In this document: one piece after another, positions 53,001 through 64,000 of the stretch
How the letters are laid out: the number at the start of each line of letters is the position of its first letter
How positions within the stretch are numbered: position 1 is the first letter of the stretch
The notes under the pieces: generated by a model
Database searches by the model: none
What the model saw: the letters and a program-made list of their open reading frames with translations, nothing else
Told to the model about the DNA's origin: nothing
Assembly: GCA_964016885.1 (NCBI GenBank)
Contig: OZ024741.1
Coordinates: 65,658,001-65,722,000 of the forward strand
Source of the DNA: Eledone cirrhosa
Taxonomy: Eukaryota
Reading direction: 5' to 3'
Length of the DNA stretch: 64,000 nt
Made by a program: the position numbers and the translations under genes

Positions 53001-53587
53001 TAAAGAGAGAGAAAGATGTAAAATCCCAATTGCAGCACCAACCAGTTTCTCTATACCTATTCTACATCTCCCCATATATTGAGCACTCACATGATTAGCG
53101 GTCTCCTCGGTCTCAGCACCGCAAACTCTATTTATATATATATGTAAAGTGGTTATGTGGGTGTCACAACAAAAAGCACCGAGCCCCCACTGTAAATGAG
53201 ATTGGTGGTTGGAAGGGCAACCAGCCAGAAACAGTTCTGTATGAGCAAGACACGGTCACCCGACCCAACTTGCCTCTAATGGGGCAACCCATCTAAACCA
53301 TGCTAGCGTAGAAAATGGACGTTAAATAATGATGATATATATCCAAGATGTCTGTAGATAAAAATCCAAAGAAAACAATACTCAATCTATTGCAAGAGAG
53401 CTTATTTAGTATAAATAAAACTTCATACACTTAGCATGTATGCATGACCTTAGGCTTCATAATTTTGTCCTGGCACCCAATGAGTGGTCAGTATTGAAAC
53501 GGCTCCTCCACTATACAGTGGTGGCCATAACTGGACCCCTAAACATAAGATCGTGCATACATGTTAAATGTATGGAATTTTAAATAT

Positions 53588-53646
<59 letters not shown>

Positions 53647-53651
<5 letters not shown>

Positions 53652-55390
53652 GTTCGGGTTTGTGTCAGGTAAAAGTACCACAGATGCTCTTTTCATTGTA
53701 CGACAACTACAGGAGAAGTACCTAGCTAAAAGTAAACCCCTATACTTAGCTTTTGTCGACTTGGAAAAAGCCTTTGACAGAGTCCCCCGTTCCATTATCT
53801 GGTGGGCTCTTAGAAAACTAGGTGTTGATGAATGGCTTGTGAGAGCTATACAAGCCATGTATAAAGAAACAGTCAGCAAGGTTAGAATTAACAACGAATA
53901 TAGTGAAGAGTTTAGCGTAAAAGTTGGTGTTCATCAGGGCTCCTTCCTTAGCCCCCTACTATTTATTATTGCCCTTCAGGCTATAACAGAGCAGTTCAAG
54001 ACCGGCTGCCCATGGGAACTTCTATACGCAGATGATCTAACGCTCATAGCTGAATCAATGGCTGAACTAGAGAAGAAATTCCAAACATGGAAGCATGGCC
54101 TAGAATCAAAAGGCCTTAAAATTAACCTGTCTAAGACTAAAGTTCTAGTTTGTAGGAAGGAAAATAGGGCACTGGTCCCATCTGGGAAATGGCCATGCTC
54201 AGTGTGTAGGAAAGGAGTAGGCAGAAACTCCATTTTATGTCCCAAATGCAAAGTATGGGTGCATAAAAGATGTAGTGGGATCACAGTTAAGCTAACTAAG
54301 AATATAGATTTTATATGTGGCCGGTGCTCAGGTGCAATAAGTAGCAGCAAGTGCCCACAGAATACTAGCTCATTCCATTGCACAGATGGTTCTATAGAAA
54401 TAGTGGACACCTTCCGTTACCTGGGTGACAAAATCAGCAGTGGTGGAGGGTGCTCTGTAAGTACAGTAGCTAGAGTCAGAACGGAATGGAAGAAGTTCAG
54501 AGAGCTTATACCACTATTAGTCGCTAAAGGGTTCTCTCCAAAAATGAAAGGCAGGCTGTATGATGCCTGCATACGAATGTTACATGGCAGTGAGACTTGG
54601 GCATTGTGTGCAGAGGATATACGCAGAGTGGAGAGGAACGAAGCTTGCATGCTCCGTTGGATGTGTAATAGTAATATACGTGAACGGCAAAGCATAAATG
54701 AACTAAGGGAGAAATTAGGAATAAGAGGGATCAGATGCTGTTTACTCGAGAGAAGACTACGTTGGTATGGTCACGTGATGCGCATGAAAGATGACAGCTG
54801 GATAAAAAAAGTGCAGGGCGATAAAAATAGACGGTAGCCACGGAGAAGGCAGACCCAGAAAAACCTGGCACGACTTGATAAATTCCGACCTCACACACTT
54901 ACACCTCTCCAAGACAATGTCACTGGACCGAGATCTTTGGCGGTACTCAGTAATAGAGAAGACCCGCCTTACCTAAATACAAAGTAAAACCTACTACAGT
55001 CAGTAGGCACCTCTAACAAAAATACACCCTCGTCCCACTACCCCCACCCCATCCACACCACCCCCTTCAATGTAAAGTTATGTTGGTACCACAACATCCA
55101 GTCCTAAATAAATGAGGTTGTGTAGGTGTCACGACAAAAAAACACACAGTCCACGCTGTAATGTGGCCGTGTAGGTAACACGGTAAAAACCTCCCAGTCC
55201 ACACTGTAAACGTAGGTTGGTGTTAGGAAGGGCATCCAGCCGTAGAAAACCCGCCAGACAGTCCTGAGCAAGACAACCACTCTTGCCTCAAGTGGGAAAA
55301 CTCCCATCCAAGCGTGGAAGATGGACGTTAAACGATGATGATGAGGATGATGATGATGATGAGGATGATGATGATGATGAGGATGATGAT
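53647..55390 (+). mobile_element. RTE-clade LINE family A, 5'-truncated, young copy; RT with internal PHD finger; frameshift at ~54810
   Basis: QFGF, FVDLEKAFDRV, GVHQGS.LSPLLF, LLYADDL, CSVC-CPKC-H-C-CGRC and FRYLG; 3' UTR and (GAT)n tail. Confidence 0.94.
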
Positions 55391-55626
55391 ACATATATAT
55401 CAATCAGAACAAACATCACGGACGCTCTACCTCAAAATTATTTTTGAAAAGCATTAGAAATGCGCAACCAGTAAAACTTAAAACCAAAACTGAATACTAA
55501 CCAATACAATTACTAATTCTCACTTATTCCTAATTAAACTATTTTTCACTGTGAACAATTTGTCAGCATTTTCTATTCCGTTTACCAATATATAATAACT
55601 TGTGTGTTACACCTCTATTCTTTTAA

Positions 55627-55670
<44 letters not shown>

Positions 55671-56531
55671 AAATGTGTGAGATCCTTAGTACAGTTAGGT
55701 ATATTTGGAAAAAAGGAAAAGAATGTTATGATTTAATGTTATAATATTATATTATAATATTATAACATTAAATCATAAAATTTTTTACACTACAAGTGAA
55801 GTCATTCTTTTCCTTTTTTTCAAATATATATATATACATACACACACTGCTACCATTTTCTTTGAAAAATATTATTTATACTCTGATCATATGTATTGAA
55901 TGAACATTCAATAATATTTCACTACTGTTGTACAAGTCTTTAAAACAACTTCAATATATATAATCATCATCATTATCATCACCATTTTTCCATGCTAACA
56001 TGAGTTAGATGAGTTGTCCTGTTGTAAGAAATGCCAGGTTAGGTGACCATGTCTTGCTCATACAGAACTAATTTGGGTTTGATTTCTACAGCTGGATGCC
56101 CTTCCTAACACCAATCACATTTACAATAAGTAATGGGTGCTTTTTGTCATTACACTTACACGACCACTTTACAGTGCGGGATGGGTGAGAGAGTGTGTCT
56201 GTGTGTGTGTGTTAAATACATCGAAGGCCATATACAGTTGTATTCAGGTTTATTTTCATCTCCATGATACATATTTTGCTGAGCTCTATGGCTAGGTAGT
56301 TCTCTTCCTACCCACTCCACCAGCCTGAGCTCGTCAGATGATATAAAAATCTTTAAACAATTTCACACAACTTAGGGGCTGGCTGACATAGAACCAACAA
56401 CAACACATACTTCTGATCCCTTGTATCATAAAAAGAAAATTTTTTTGAAGGAAATTTTTGATTTTTTGAAAGAGTTTTAAAAAATGTTTATGACTAGAAT
56501 GTGGTTTGCACACTCCTGGTCGGGTAGCCCC

Positions 56532-56576
<45 letters not shown>

Positions 56577-57599
56577 CTGATTCACCTTCATTGGTGAACC
56601 CTTGACCCCCTACCCCACCCCATGACACTTTCCCTGTTCAACCCAAGTCACCATGGAAAGCCAGGTACACTCCCACAATAACAAACACCTCTACTAGCTT
56701 CAACCAATGCTAGCACAAAAGGCCTGGGACTACCCACAATGTCAGACACTACCCACCCATTCACAAACCAGTGCATCCTCATCCCACCACAATTAGAATA
56801 TAAACACCTCCACACACCCACACCCACACTTTTAGTCCATCAAGGGAAGCCATGCACACTCCACATGTTAGACACATCCACATACCCAACGGCTATTTCC
56901 ATAGCCCAAACTCCCCTCCCCAGCAGTGATATGTCTGTCCCCCAACCCTCACCAATACCTCCCCAGCCAGACCAAGGACACCAAGCATCCTAATGTTGTA
57001 ATGAGGTAGTGCTGGTGCCATTATGGAAAGAATATAATCACTCTGTAAGATGGTGGTGTTGGAGTCATAATAAAATACTCCTAGAACATGCTATAACATG
57101 GTTGGTGTTAGGGAGGGCTCCCAACCATAGAAACCAGCCCAAAATGAAGTGTACTAGCAGGATCTAGTTACTTGATCAATCTGACCTTAGCCCATGACAG
57201 CTGTCTAATCCATACAAGCATGGAAAATAGATGTTAAACAGTAATGATGATAATATATATGTACATACACATGTATATATATATATATACACACACACAC
57301 ACATGTACCCATTGAAATTTGCTCTAGTTCAAATGTCAGACATGTCAGATAAACAGAAATGAGTTAACTCCAGAGTTCAAGGTGTTAAGAAAACCTGTTG
57401 AGCCATAAAGATAAAATAGAAGATAAAATAGGAATGATTGGCCAAATGGAAAGTGACCATGGTTGGACCAATGTTTGCAGGGGCTGTGGATTTGCCTCTG
57501 TTGAATGTAACTGTGATCATGAGAAAATGCAGTGGAAATATAAAAGTTGCATGTATCAAGCTACAGGAATAAATATAGCAGAAGTGTTATTCTCATGGT

Positions 57600-58830
57600 A
57601 AATTAGTGGAACAAATGGAAAACATGTTAACATTTTAAGTAGAAAAACCTAGACAAGAAGAAAACATTCCATTGAGTCAAGCTGACATTTGTGATGTGGC
57701 AAAATCTATTTTTGATGAATCAAAGGAGAAAATGCATGGAGTTGAAACATTTGAAGTATTTGCAGGAAATAAGGGTTGGTTTGGAGGGTATAATTTTTCA
57801 TGTGAGCTATCAATTAGTGAGCTATCAATTGCACTGAAGCAGTTCAAATATTAGCAGCAGAATTCCAAGCTATTGTATGGAGATGTGAATATCATGATCT
57901 TATACCAGAAGAGTTTCAAGAATATTTATTGTCACTGAAGAAACGTCTGGACTAGTATTTAAAGCTGCCAAGGATAGATTATTATTCCTATTTGGTGGTA
58001 ATGTTTCATGGACTCTTAAATTAAAGTCAATATTGGTTTACTACTTTAAAAAACTTTGTGCATTGAAGAAGTTAGATAAGTTACTACATCTATATTTAAG
58101 TTGAGAAAATATGCATGGATCACACAGAAATTATTCCTGGTGTGGTACATAAACCATTTTTACACTGTTGAGGCATAACTTATGCATTAAGAATGATTTG
58201 CTACTCAAAGCTATTCCTCCATCAGACAAAGCTCCTGGCCATCCTCAAAATCTTGATTAAGTTCAAATGAAGCTTAAAGTAAATGTAGTATATATGCTTC
58301 TAAATGCAACACCTGTTCCCCAGTCGATAGACCAGGGATAATATCAAATTTCAAGGCGTATTACCTGCAGAAATTGGCAAATGCATTCAACACAAACTTT
58401 AATATGACTGCAAAAGGTGAATAGCAATCATTTAACATTTTAAATGTCATCTATTTTATTGATATAAAGGTTACTACAAACTGCTTAAATGCTGTTTGGT
58501 AAGACGTTCTACCTCAGTCAAAGAACACATTTGAAGGATTAGGGCTGGTGGAGGAGAGCACTGCAACATCAAATGAAGTTCCAACCTTGGCAGGAGAGGC
58601 TAGATTATTTGTGGCCACATGTGATGTCATCTTAAACTTTGTAGGAAAGGAGAAGAGAAAGGCTTGAACACTTTGATTCACAAGAAAGAAAGAGTGATGA
58701 TTAACTGGAGTGTATTGTGAAGACAATAAAAGCTGAGGCTCTTAAATGTTTTCTTCTGAATGCAAATCAATTGATTTAAGAATGTTATGAAATGGACTGT
58801 GATTAGAAGCAGTGTGACTTTTCAAGGAAT
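57600..58830 (+). pseudogene. Tigger/pogo (DDE_1-type) transposase remnant
   Basis: FAGNKGWF, KAAKDRLLFLFGGN...KLKSILVY, AWITQKLF, DKAPGHP and QSIDQG motifs with many stops. Confidence 0.75.
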
Positions 58831-58977
58831 TGTTTAACCCTCTTCATATCAAACCACCTAAAACTGCCCTGTATTTATGATACAAAAATGCTTGTATTAA
58901 AATCATTCATCATAATTATATTTTAGAAATTTCTGTTAAGTAATGTTCTAAATATCACCTTACTTATGAAAGACCAA

Positions 58978-59145
58978 CCGTATTTCCCGGTGCCGAAGAC
59001 ACTTCGTCCTTGAGTATGCACCCTAATTTTGACAGCCCAAAATTTGAAAAAAAATAATAAACAACCTTCTGTCACCAGGATGCATGGTAGATTTTTTAGA
59101 CTTATTTTAGGAAAAAAGTAGCATCTTCGACGCCAGGAAATAAGT
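58978..59145. mobile_element. Small Tc2-type MITE
   Basis: ccgtatttcccggtgccgaaga / tcttcgacgccaggaaata inverted termini. Confidence 0.5.
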
Positions 59146-60179
59146 TATTTTATCAAATTCCTCTAAATTTTTTGGTTATTTTCAAAACTAATTGTTTCTA
59201 CTTTAGGCACAAGACCAGCAATTTTGGGGGAGGGGAAGTCCATTAAATCGACCCCAGTGCATTACTAGTGCTTTATTTTATTGACCCCGTAAGGATGAAA
59301 GGCAAAGTTAACCATGGCGGGATTTGAACACAGATTGTAAAGGGGCGTACCCTATGCCATAAAGCATAGTCTGACGTTCCATCGATACTGCCAGTCAAAA
59401 TTAATTGAAGCACATAGTTAGTGTATTTAATTAAAAACACAATAATGGAAAAGGTCAAATATAGTCTTAACACCTTATTATGAAATGTTTAACGCTTTAG
59501 CATTTGCATTACTCTATATTTTCTATTGTATTTCCATGTTAAAGGCTTTACTTCACATAATTATCACACATAAAATCGAATCTGTGAGATGTTGATATTG
59601 TTTATTTTGAGAACAATACCTTAACGTCAGTATGAGTAGCCAGTTACGGCCAGTCTGATTTAAATGCTAAAGTATTAAGGAATGGAAAAGAAATACAGCA
59701 AGTAACTCGGGTCTCATATATTAAAAAGGTGCACAACCACCAATATTTTCCATTATTTGAGGATGGCCATCACCCAGAGCCACCATCACAGAATGAAATT
59801 TTCATCTAGGGCACTGTTGAATAAAATGAACAGAATGGTATTATAGAAATCACATCATAAATTAGTGAGTATACAATTTATTTACACTATTGTTCAGTAA
59901 TCTAGATAATATTAAGTTACTATTTCATATGTTGAAAGAGCAAATCAATATTTGTAAAACTTTATGCTAATATGCTTTAATTGTAAAACAAATGTAAATA
60001 TATGGATGTCTGGAAATCATCCATATTCTCTTCTTAATTCTTGATTTCACTCAGATGTCATTCAAGCCATTTCCTCAAAGAACATATCCAGGGACCTGCT
60101 TCTGTTTTGGTATTATATTAAAGAGAGTAGGGCCAGTTGAGATGAAATAGTTGTTTTAATGTTGTTATGAGATGCGAGG

Positions 60180-61700
60180 TAAACATTTATAGGAAGTGGA
60201 ATATATGGAGACCAAGTTATGGGTGGGTTTTAAAGATGATGCCAACATTACAAGCAATGTTGATGGAATATTTTTCACATAGAAATTATGTAGCACTCAC
60301 AGCAGTGTTAGAGAGAGTAGAGTTTGAATTTTTCTAGTTGGCCCCAATAGTTAAGGTCTATCATGCCATCTATCTTTTTTGTAATTCACTTCTGGCATGC
60401 TTCAATTGTCGTAACACTTTGTTTCGTATAAGGAGACCACAGTGGACAACAGTATTCAAAGTGGGACCAGGCAACGATAAAGAAGAAAAGAATAATGGTG
60501 TGAATATCTTTAGGCTAGAAAGTTCCAAGAATCCAGGAACACATCCTACAAACTGTCAACATCGTTTGACAGTTACTTTGAGGCCTCGCGTGTTGATGGA
60601 TGCCCCAATGGTTTGACCTAAGGGAAGAGAATGTGGTAGCTTAAGTGCATACTCTTTACCAAGGTAGATTTTTTTTTTTTTGCTCATTGAATAACAACAA
60701 GCAGATCCAATTGAAGGATGTCTGGTCTTCCACTTCTTTGGCCTTCTGGAGCTTGGAATCATCTGTGAAAATTCTCATTTCTCATTTTAATGACATTGAT
60801 AATGTCATTAATGTAAATAAGGAATTGAAGTGGGCCCAACACAGTGCCTTGAGGGATACCACTCCTGACTTTTGCTGAGCTTGATCAGATTTTTTGAAGC
60901 ACAACATGCTGGGATCTGTTCATCAGGAAGCACTCATTCTTTTATAGTAACTTTCCAGACACTAATGTTGGATAGTTTATACAACAGGATGCTGTGATCA
61001 GCCTTGTCAAAGACCTTGCTGAAATCAAGGTATATAACATCAATGTTGGGACCCTCCCCTAAAGCTTTTAGGATGTCATCAAAGTGATGCAGAAGCTATG
61101 TTAGGCAGGCCCTGCCATCATGGAACCCATGCTGGTTGGAGTTCAGCAGATTTTTGCTTTCAAGGAAATGAGTTATTCATGATCTCACCACCTTCACAAA
61201 TACCTTAATGATATGAGAGATGAGTGAGATCAGATGGTAATTCACTGCAAGGGACTTCTTTTCTTGTTTGAAAACTTGGACAACAGGCTGGAACTGGAAA
61301 TATCCAGTGATTTCCTCCACAGATTAGCTAGAGGAGATGTAAGTTGATATTTACACACATTCAGGACTGTATTTAATTTTGTTTATTGCTGTTAAGATAT
61401 CTGAGGACAGTTCGATATGGTCTGTTGGGGATTAAAATCACTGATACTACCCAAGTCAGCCCTCACAGTATTGCTGAGAACAGAGCAGTATTGTTTTGTA
61501 GTATCTAATCCATGGTTTTAGCATCATCAGGGAGAGTGTTTTTTTCATCAATCAGAGGACCAACAGTATTTGTTTTAGCTTATGAAAAGAACACTTAGGG
61601 GTTGAGTCTGGTTTTCTCAATGGCCTGGTCTCATTCCTCCTCAGCTGTTCTTTGGTTATTGATGATGTTCATCATGCTGCTTTTGAGGTTATGCTTTTTT
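60180..61700 (-). pseudogene. Decayed CR1-group LINE RT
   Basis: Minus strand YHLISL.SHIIKVF, NQHGF, DVIYLDFSKVFDK and GIPQGTVLGP..FLIYIND. Confidence 0.82.
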
Positions 61701-62039
61701 ATTCAAGCAGTGCAATAACAGTCGAATGGGTGTGTTGCTGCAGGTAGTATTTGAGATGGCTGGGGGGTTTTTTGTTTGTTTTTTTTTTGTTTTTTTGTTA
61801 ATTCTTATTATTTTTCTAACGGTTGTTCTATTTCTAGGGATTCTGCACTTAGTTTTGTTTACAAAGCTTGATGGGGTATGTTTTCCACATGTATGTAACA
61901 GTGTCTACAAATATCTGCCAAGATATTTTGGTGCTGATGGAGGTGTATGTGTGTGTGAAAGATCATAAGTAGTAGCATCCAAGTTTGCATTACACACACA
62001 TACACACACATATATATATATATACAAGTTTCAAAGATA

Positions 62040-63030
62040 TATATATAGAGAGAGAGGAGGAAAAGACATATATCAAAGAGATTTCAAACTTCATCAGCAG
62101 AAGGATGGTGGTAAAGATTACAAAGAAGCTGGAAAATTCAGGATTCGACTACAAGGTGACAGCAAAGAGAAAAACCCATGATTGATGATCTGACACCATC
62201 AGAATTCCAGAATTCATCGTTGAAGTTCAGGAGATCATCAACAATGATCCCAGCAAGTAGATGCGTGCCATTACAAGGAAGAAAAGTTTGGCTGAAAAGC
62301 TCATCAGGCTGGTGGTGCATGAGGACATTCGCTACTTTTCATATAAGATGAGAAAGGGACAATTTCTGCCCAAGGAGATGTAGGAAAATTAACTCAAGCA
62401 CACCAAAAAGCTGATCAAGAAGTTGAAAGACCTGCTGGAGCCAGACATGCTGTGGTTCTTCTCCAGCAAGAAGAACTTCTGCCAAGACCAGAAGATCAAC
62501 TCCCAGAGCAAGAGGTGGCTTGCTGTCTCATCCAGAGTCATGCAGATGAAGCTTCCAGCAACAATCATGGTCTTCGGTGTTGTCAGCAGTGAAGGCAAAG
62601 TCATGCCAGGCCACTTCTTCCCTGAGCGCCTCAGGCTGAACACCAATGGCTACATCCCTGTTCTGAGTGATGTGAAGCCCTGGATCAGCCGGGTAGATTC
62701 AGGAAGGCCGTATGTGTGACAGCAAGACTCACTGCCCTGCCACACCAGCTGGATGACCCAGGCCTGGCTGTCAGAGAATTTATTCAACCATACTGCACCT
62801 GACATTTGGCCTCCCAACTACTTGTCTAACTGCAACCCCCTCGACTTCTTTGTGTCAGTTACGGTAGAATGAGAGACCAACAAATCATGCTGCAGCATGA
62901 AGGACGAGCTGAGTACCAGGATCATCCAGGCCTTCAGGGATATAAGTTGGGAGACAGTGAAGAAGGCTTGTGTCCAGTTCTGAGGCTGCCTCAAGGCTTT
63001 GATCGGAGCCAAAGGTGGGTTCATCAAGTG
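62040..63030 (+). pseudogene. Tc1/mariner transposase remnant, maT (DD37D)-like
   Basis: WFFS.KKNF, IMVFGVVSSEG, YV*QQDSLPCHTS and WPPN...NPLDF. Confidence 0.78.
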
Positions 63031-63139
63031 AGATTGACAGAACATGTCTTGAAGACAAACAGACTCAAGTTTTGTGAATATATCTAAATAAATATTTTTT
63101 CCCAGATAGTAATCTTGCAAATGAATACTGTCCACATCT

Positions 63140-63216
<77 letters not shown>

Positions 63217-63254
63217 GTAGCACACTGGAAGGTAATATCCGTAGTGGTAAAGCA

Positions 63255-63445
63255 CTCAGTCCATGGGACGAGTTAGGTAGAAGTGGTTACACAACAGTTA
63301 GTTCACCATACCGAGAACTATTGTTTCACCTTAGCAGATCCTCAGCTCGTACGTATATATATAGAAAGAGAGAGAACAAATGTTCTCAGTATGGTGAACT
63401 AACTGTTGTGGAACTACTTCTACCAAACTCGTCCCATGGACTGAG
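63255..63445. repeat. Fold-back (~70-bp arms) with a decayed minus-strand hammerhead at the apex
   Basis: ctcagtccatgggacgagtt...gagaac / gttctc...aactcgtcccatggactgag; minus strand tacgag-CTGAGGA-tctgctaaggt-GAAAC-aata-gtt-ctcg. Confidence 0.65.
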
Positions 63446-63512
63446 CACTGTGCACAATAATTTCAATATTATTTATTAATAATTAATAATTATGCTTAAC
63501 CCTCCAGTGTTC

Positions 63513-63564
<52 letters not shown>

Positions 63565-63565
<1 letters not shown>

Positions 63566-64000
63566 GTCATCACAATTTAACGTTCGGTTTTTCCATGCTA
63601 GCATGGGTTAGAAGAATTGTCCCATTGTGAGCCAAGTCAGATCAGATGACTGTGTCTTACTCATGCAGAACTGATTCTGGCTTGGTTTCTATAGCTGGAT
63701 GCCCTCCTAACGCCAACCACATTTACAGTGTGAACTGGGCTCTTCTTGTCATGACACCAAAATAAGCACTTTACAGTGTAGACTGGGCACTTTTGTCAGG
63801 TAACTAACACAACCCCTTTACAGGGTGGACTGGGTGTTTATTGTCATGTCACCGACACAACCACCTTACAGGGCAAACTGGGTGCTCTTTGTCATGTCAC
63901 CAACCTGACCACTCAACAGGACAGACTGGGAGCCTTCTGTTGTGATAGCAATATGATCACTTTACAGGGTGGACTGAGTGCTTATTTGTCATGTCAACGG
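63565..64000 (-). repeat. RTE/SINE tail with its ~42-bp subrepeat tandemly amplified
   Basis: Repeated ctttacagggtggactgggtgc...tgtcatgtcacc units following the tail motif ggatgccctcctaacgccaacc. Confidence 0.75.

Overview
AT-rich eukaryotic DNA made almost entirely of microsatellites and transposable-element debris. The repeat spectrum resembles a coleoid cephalopod (octopus-like) intron or intergenic region; that assignment is an inference. It contains 5'-truncated RTE-clade LINEs of at least three families. One family has a PHD finger inserted inside the RT, and another has three C-terminal C2H2-like fingers. Also present are Tx1-, CR1-, CRE- and possibly HERO-clade fragments, tRNA-derived SINEs with RTE-derived tails, decayed mariner, maT-like and Tigger/pogo transposases, many MITEs and a possible solo LTR. 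No complete host gene is visible; only a few small candidate exons are. The most notable signal is a set of sequence-unrelated fold-back elements sitting in (TA)n tracts that carry type I hammerhead ribozyme motifs (about 15.9/16.4, 31.4 and 52.2/52.4 kb, with decayed ones at 4.0 and 63.3 kb). There is also a decayed HDV-like ribozyme at the 5' end of a non-coding RTE-associated element (27.7 kb). All calls were made by eye and boundaries are approximate.
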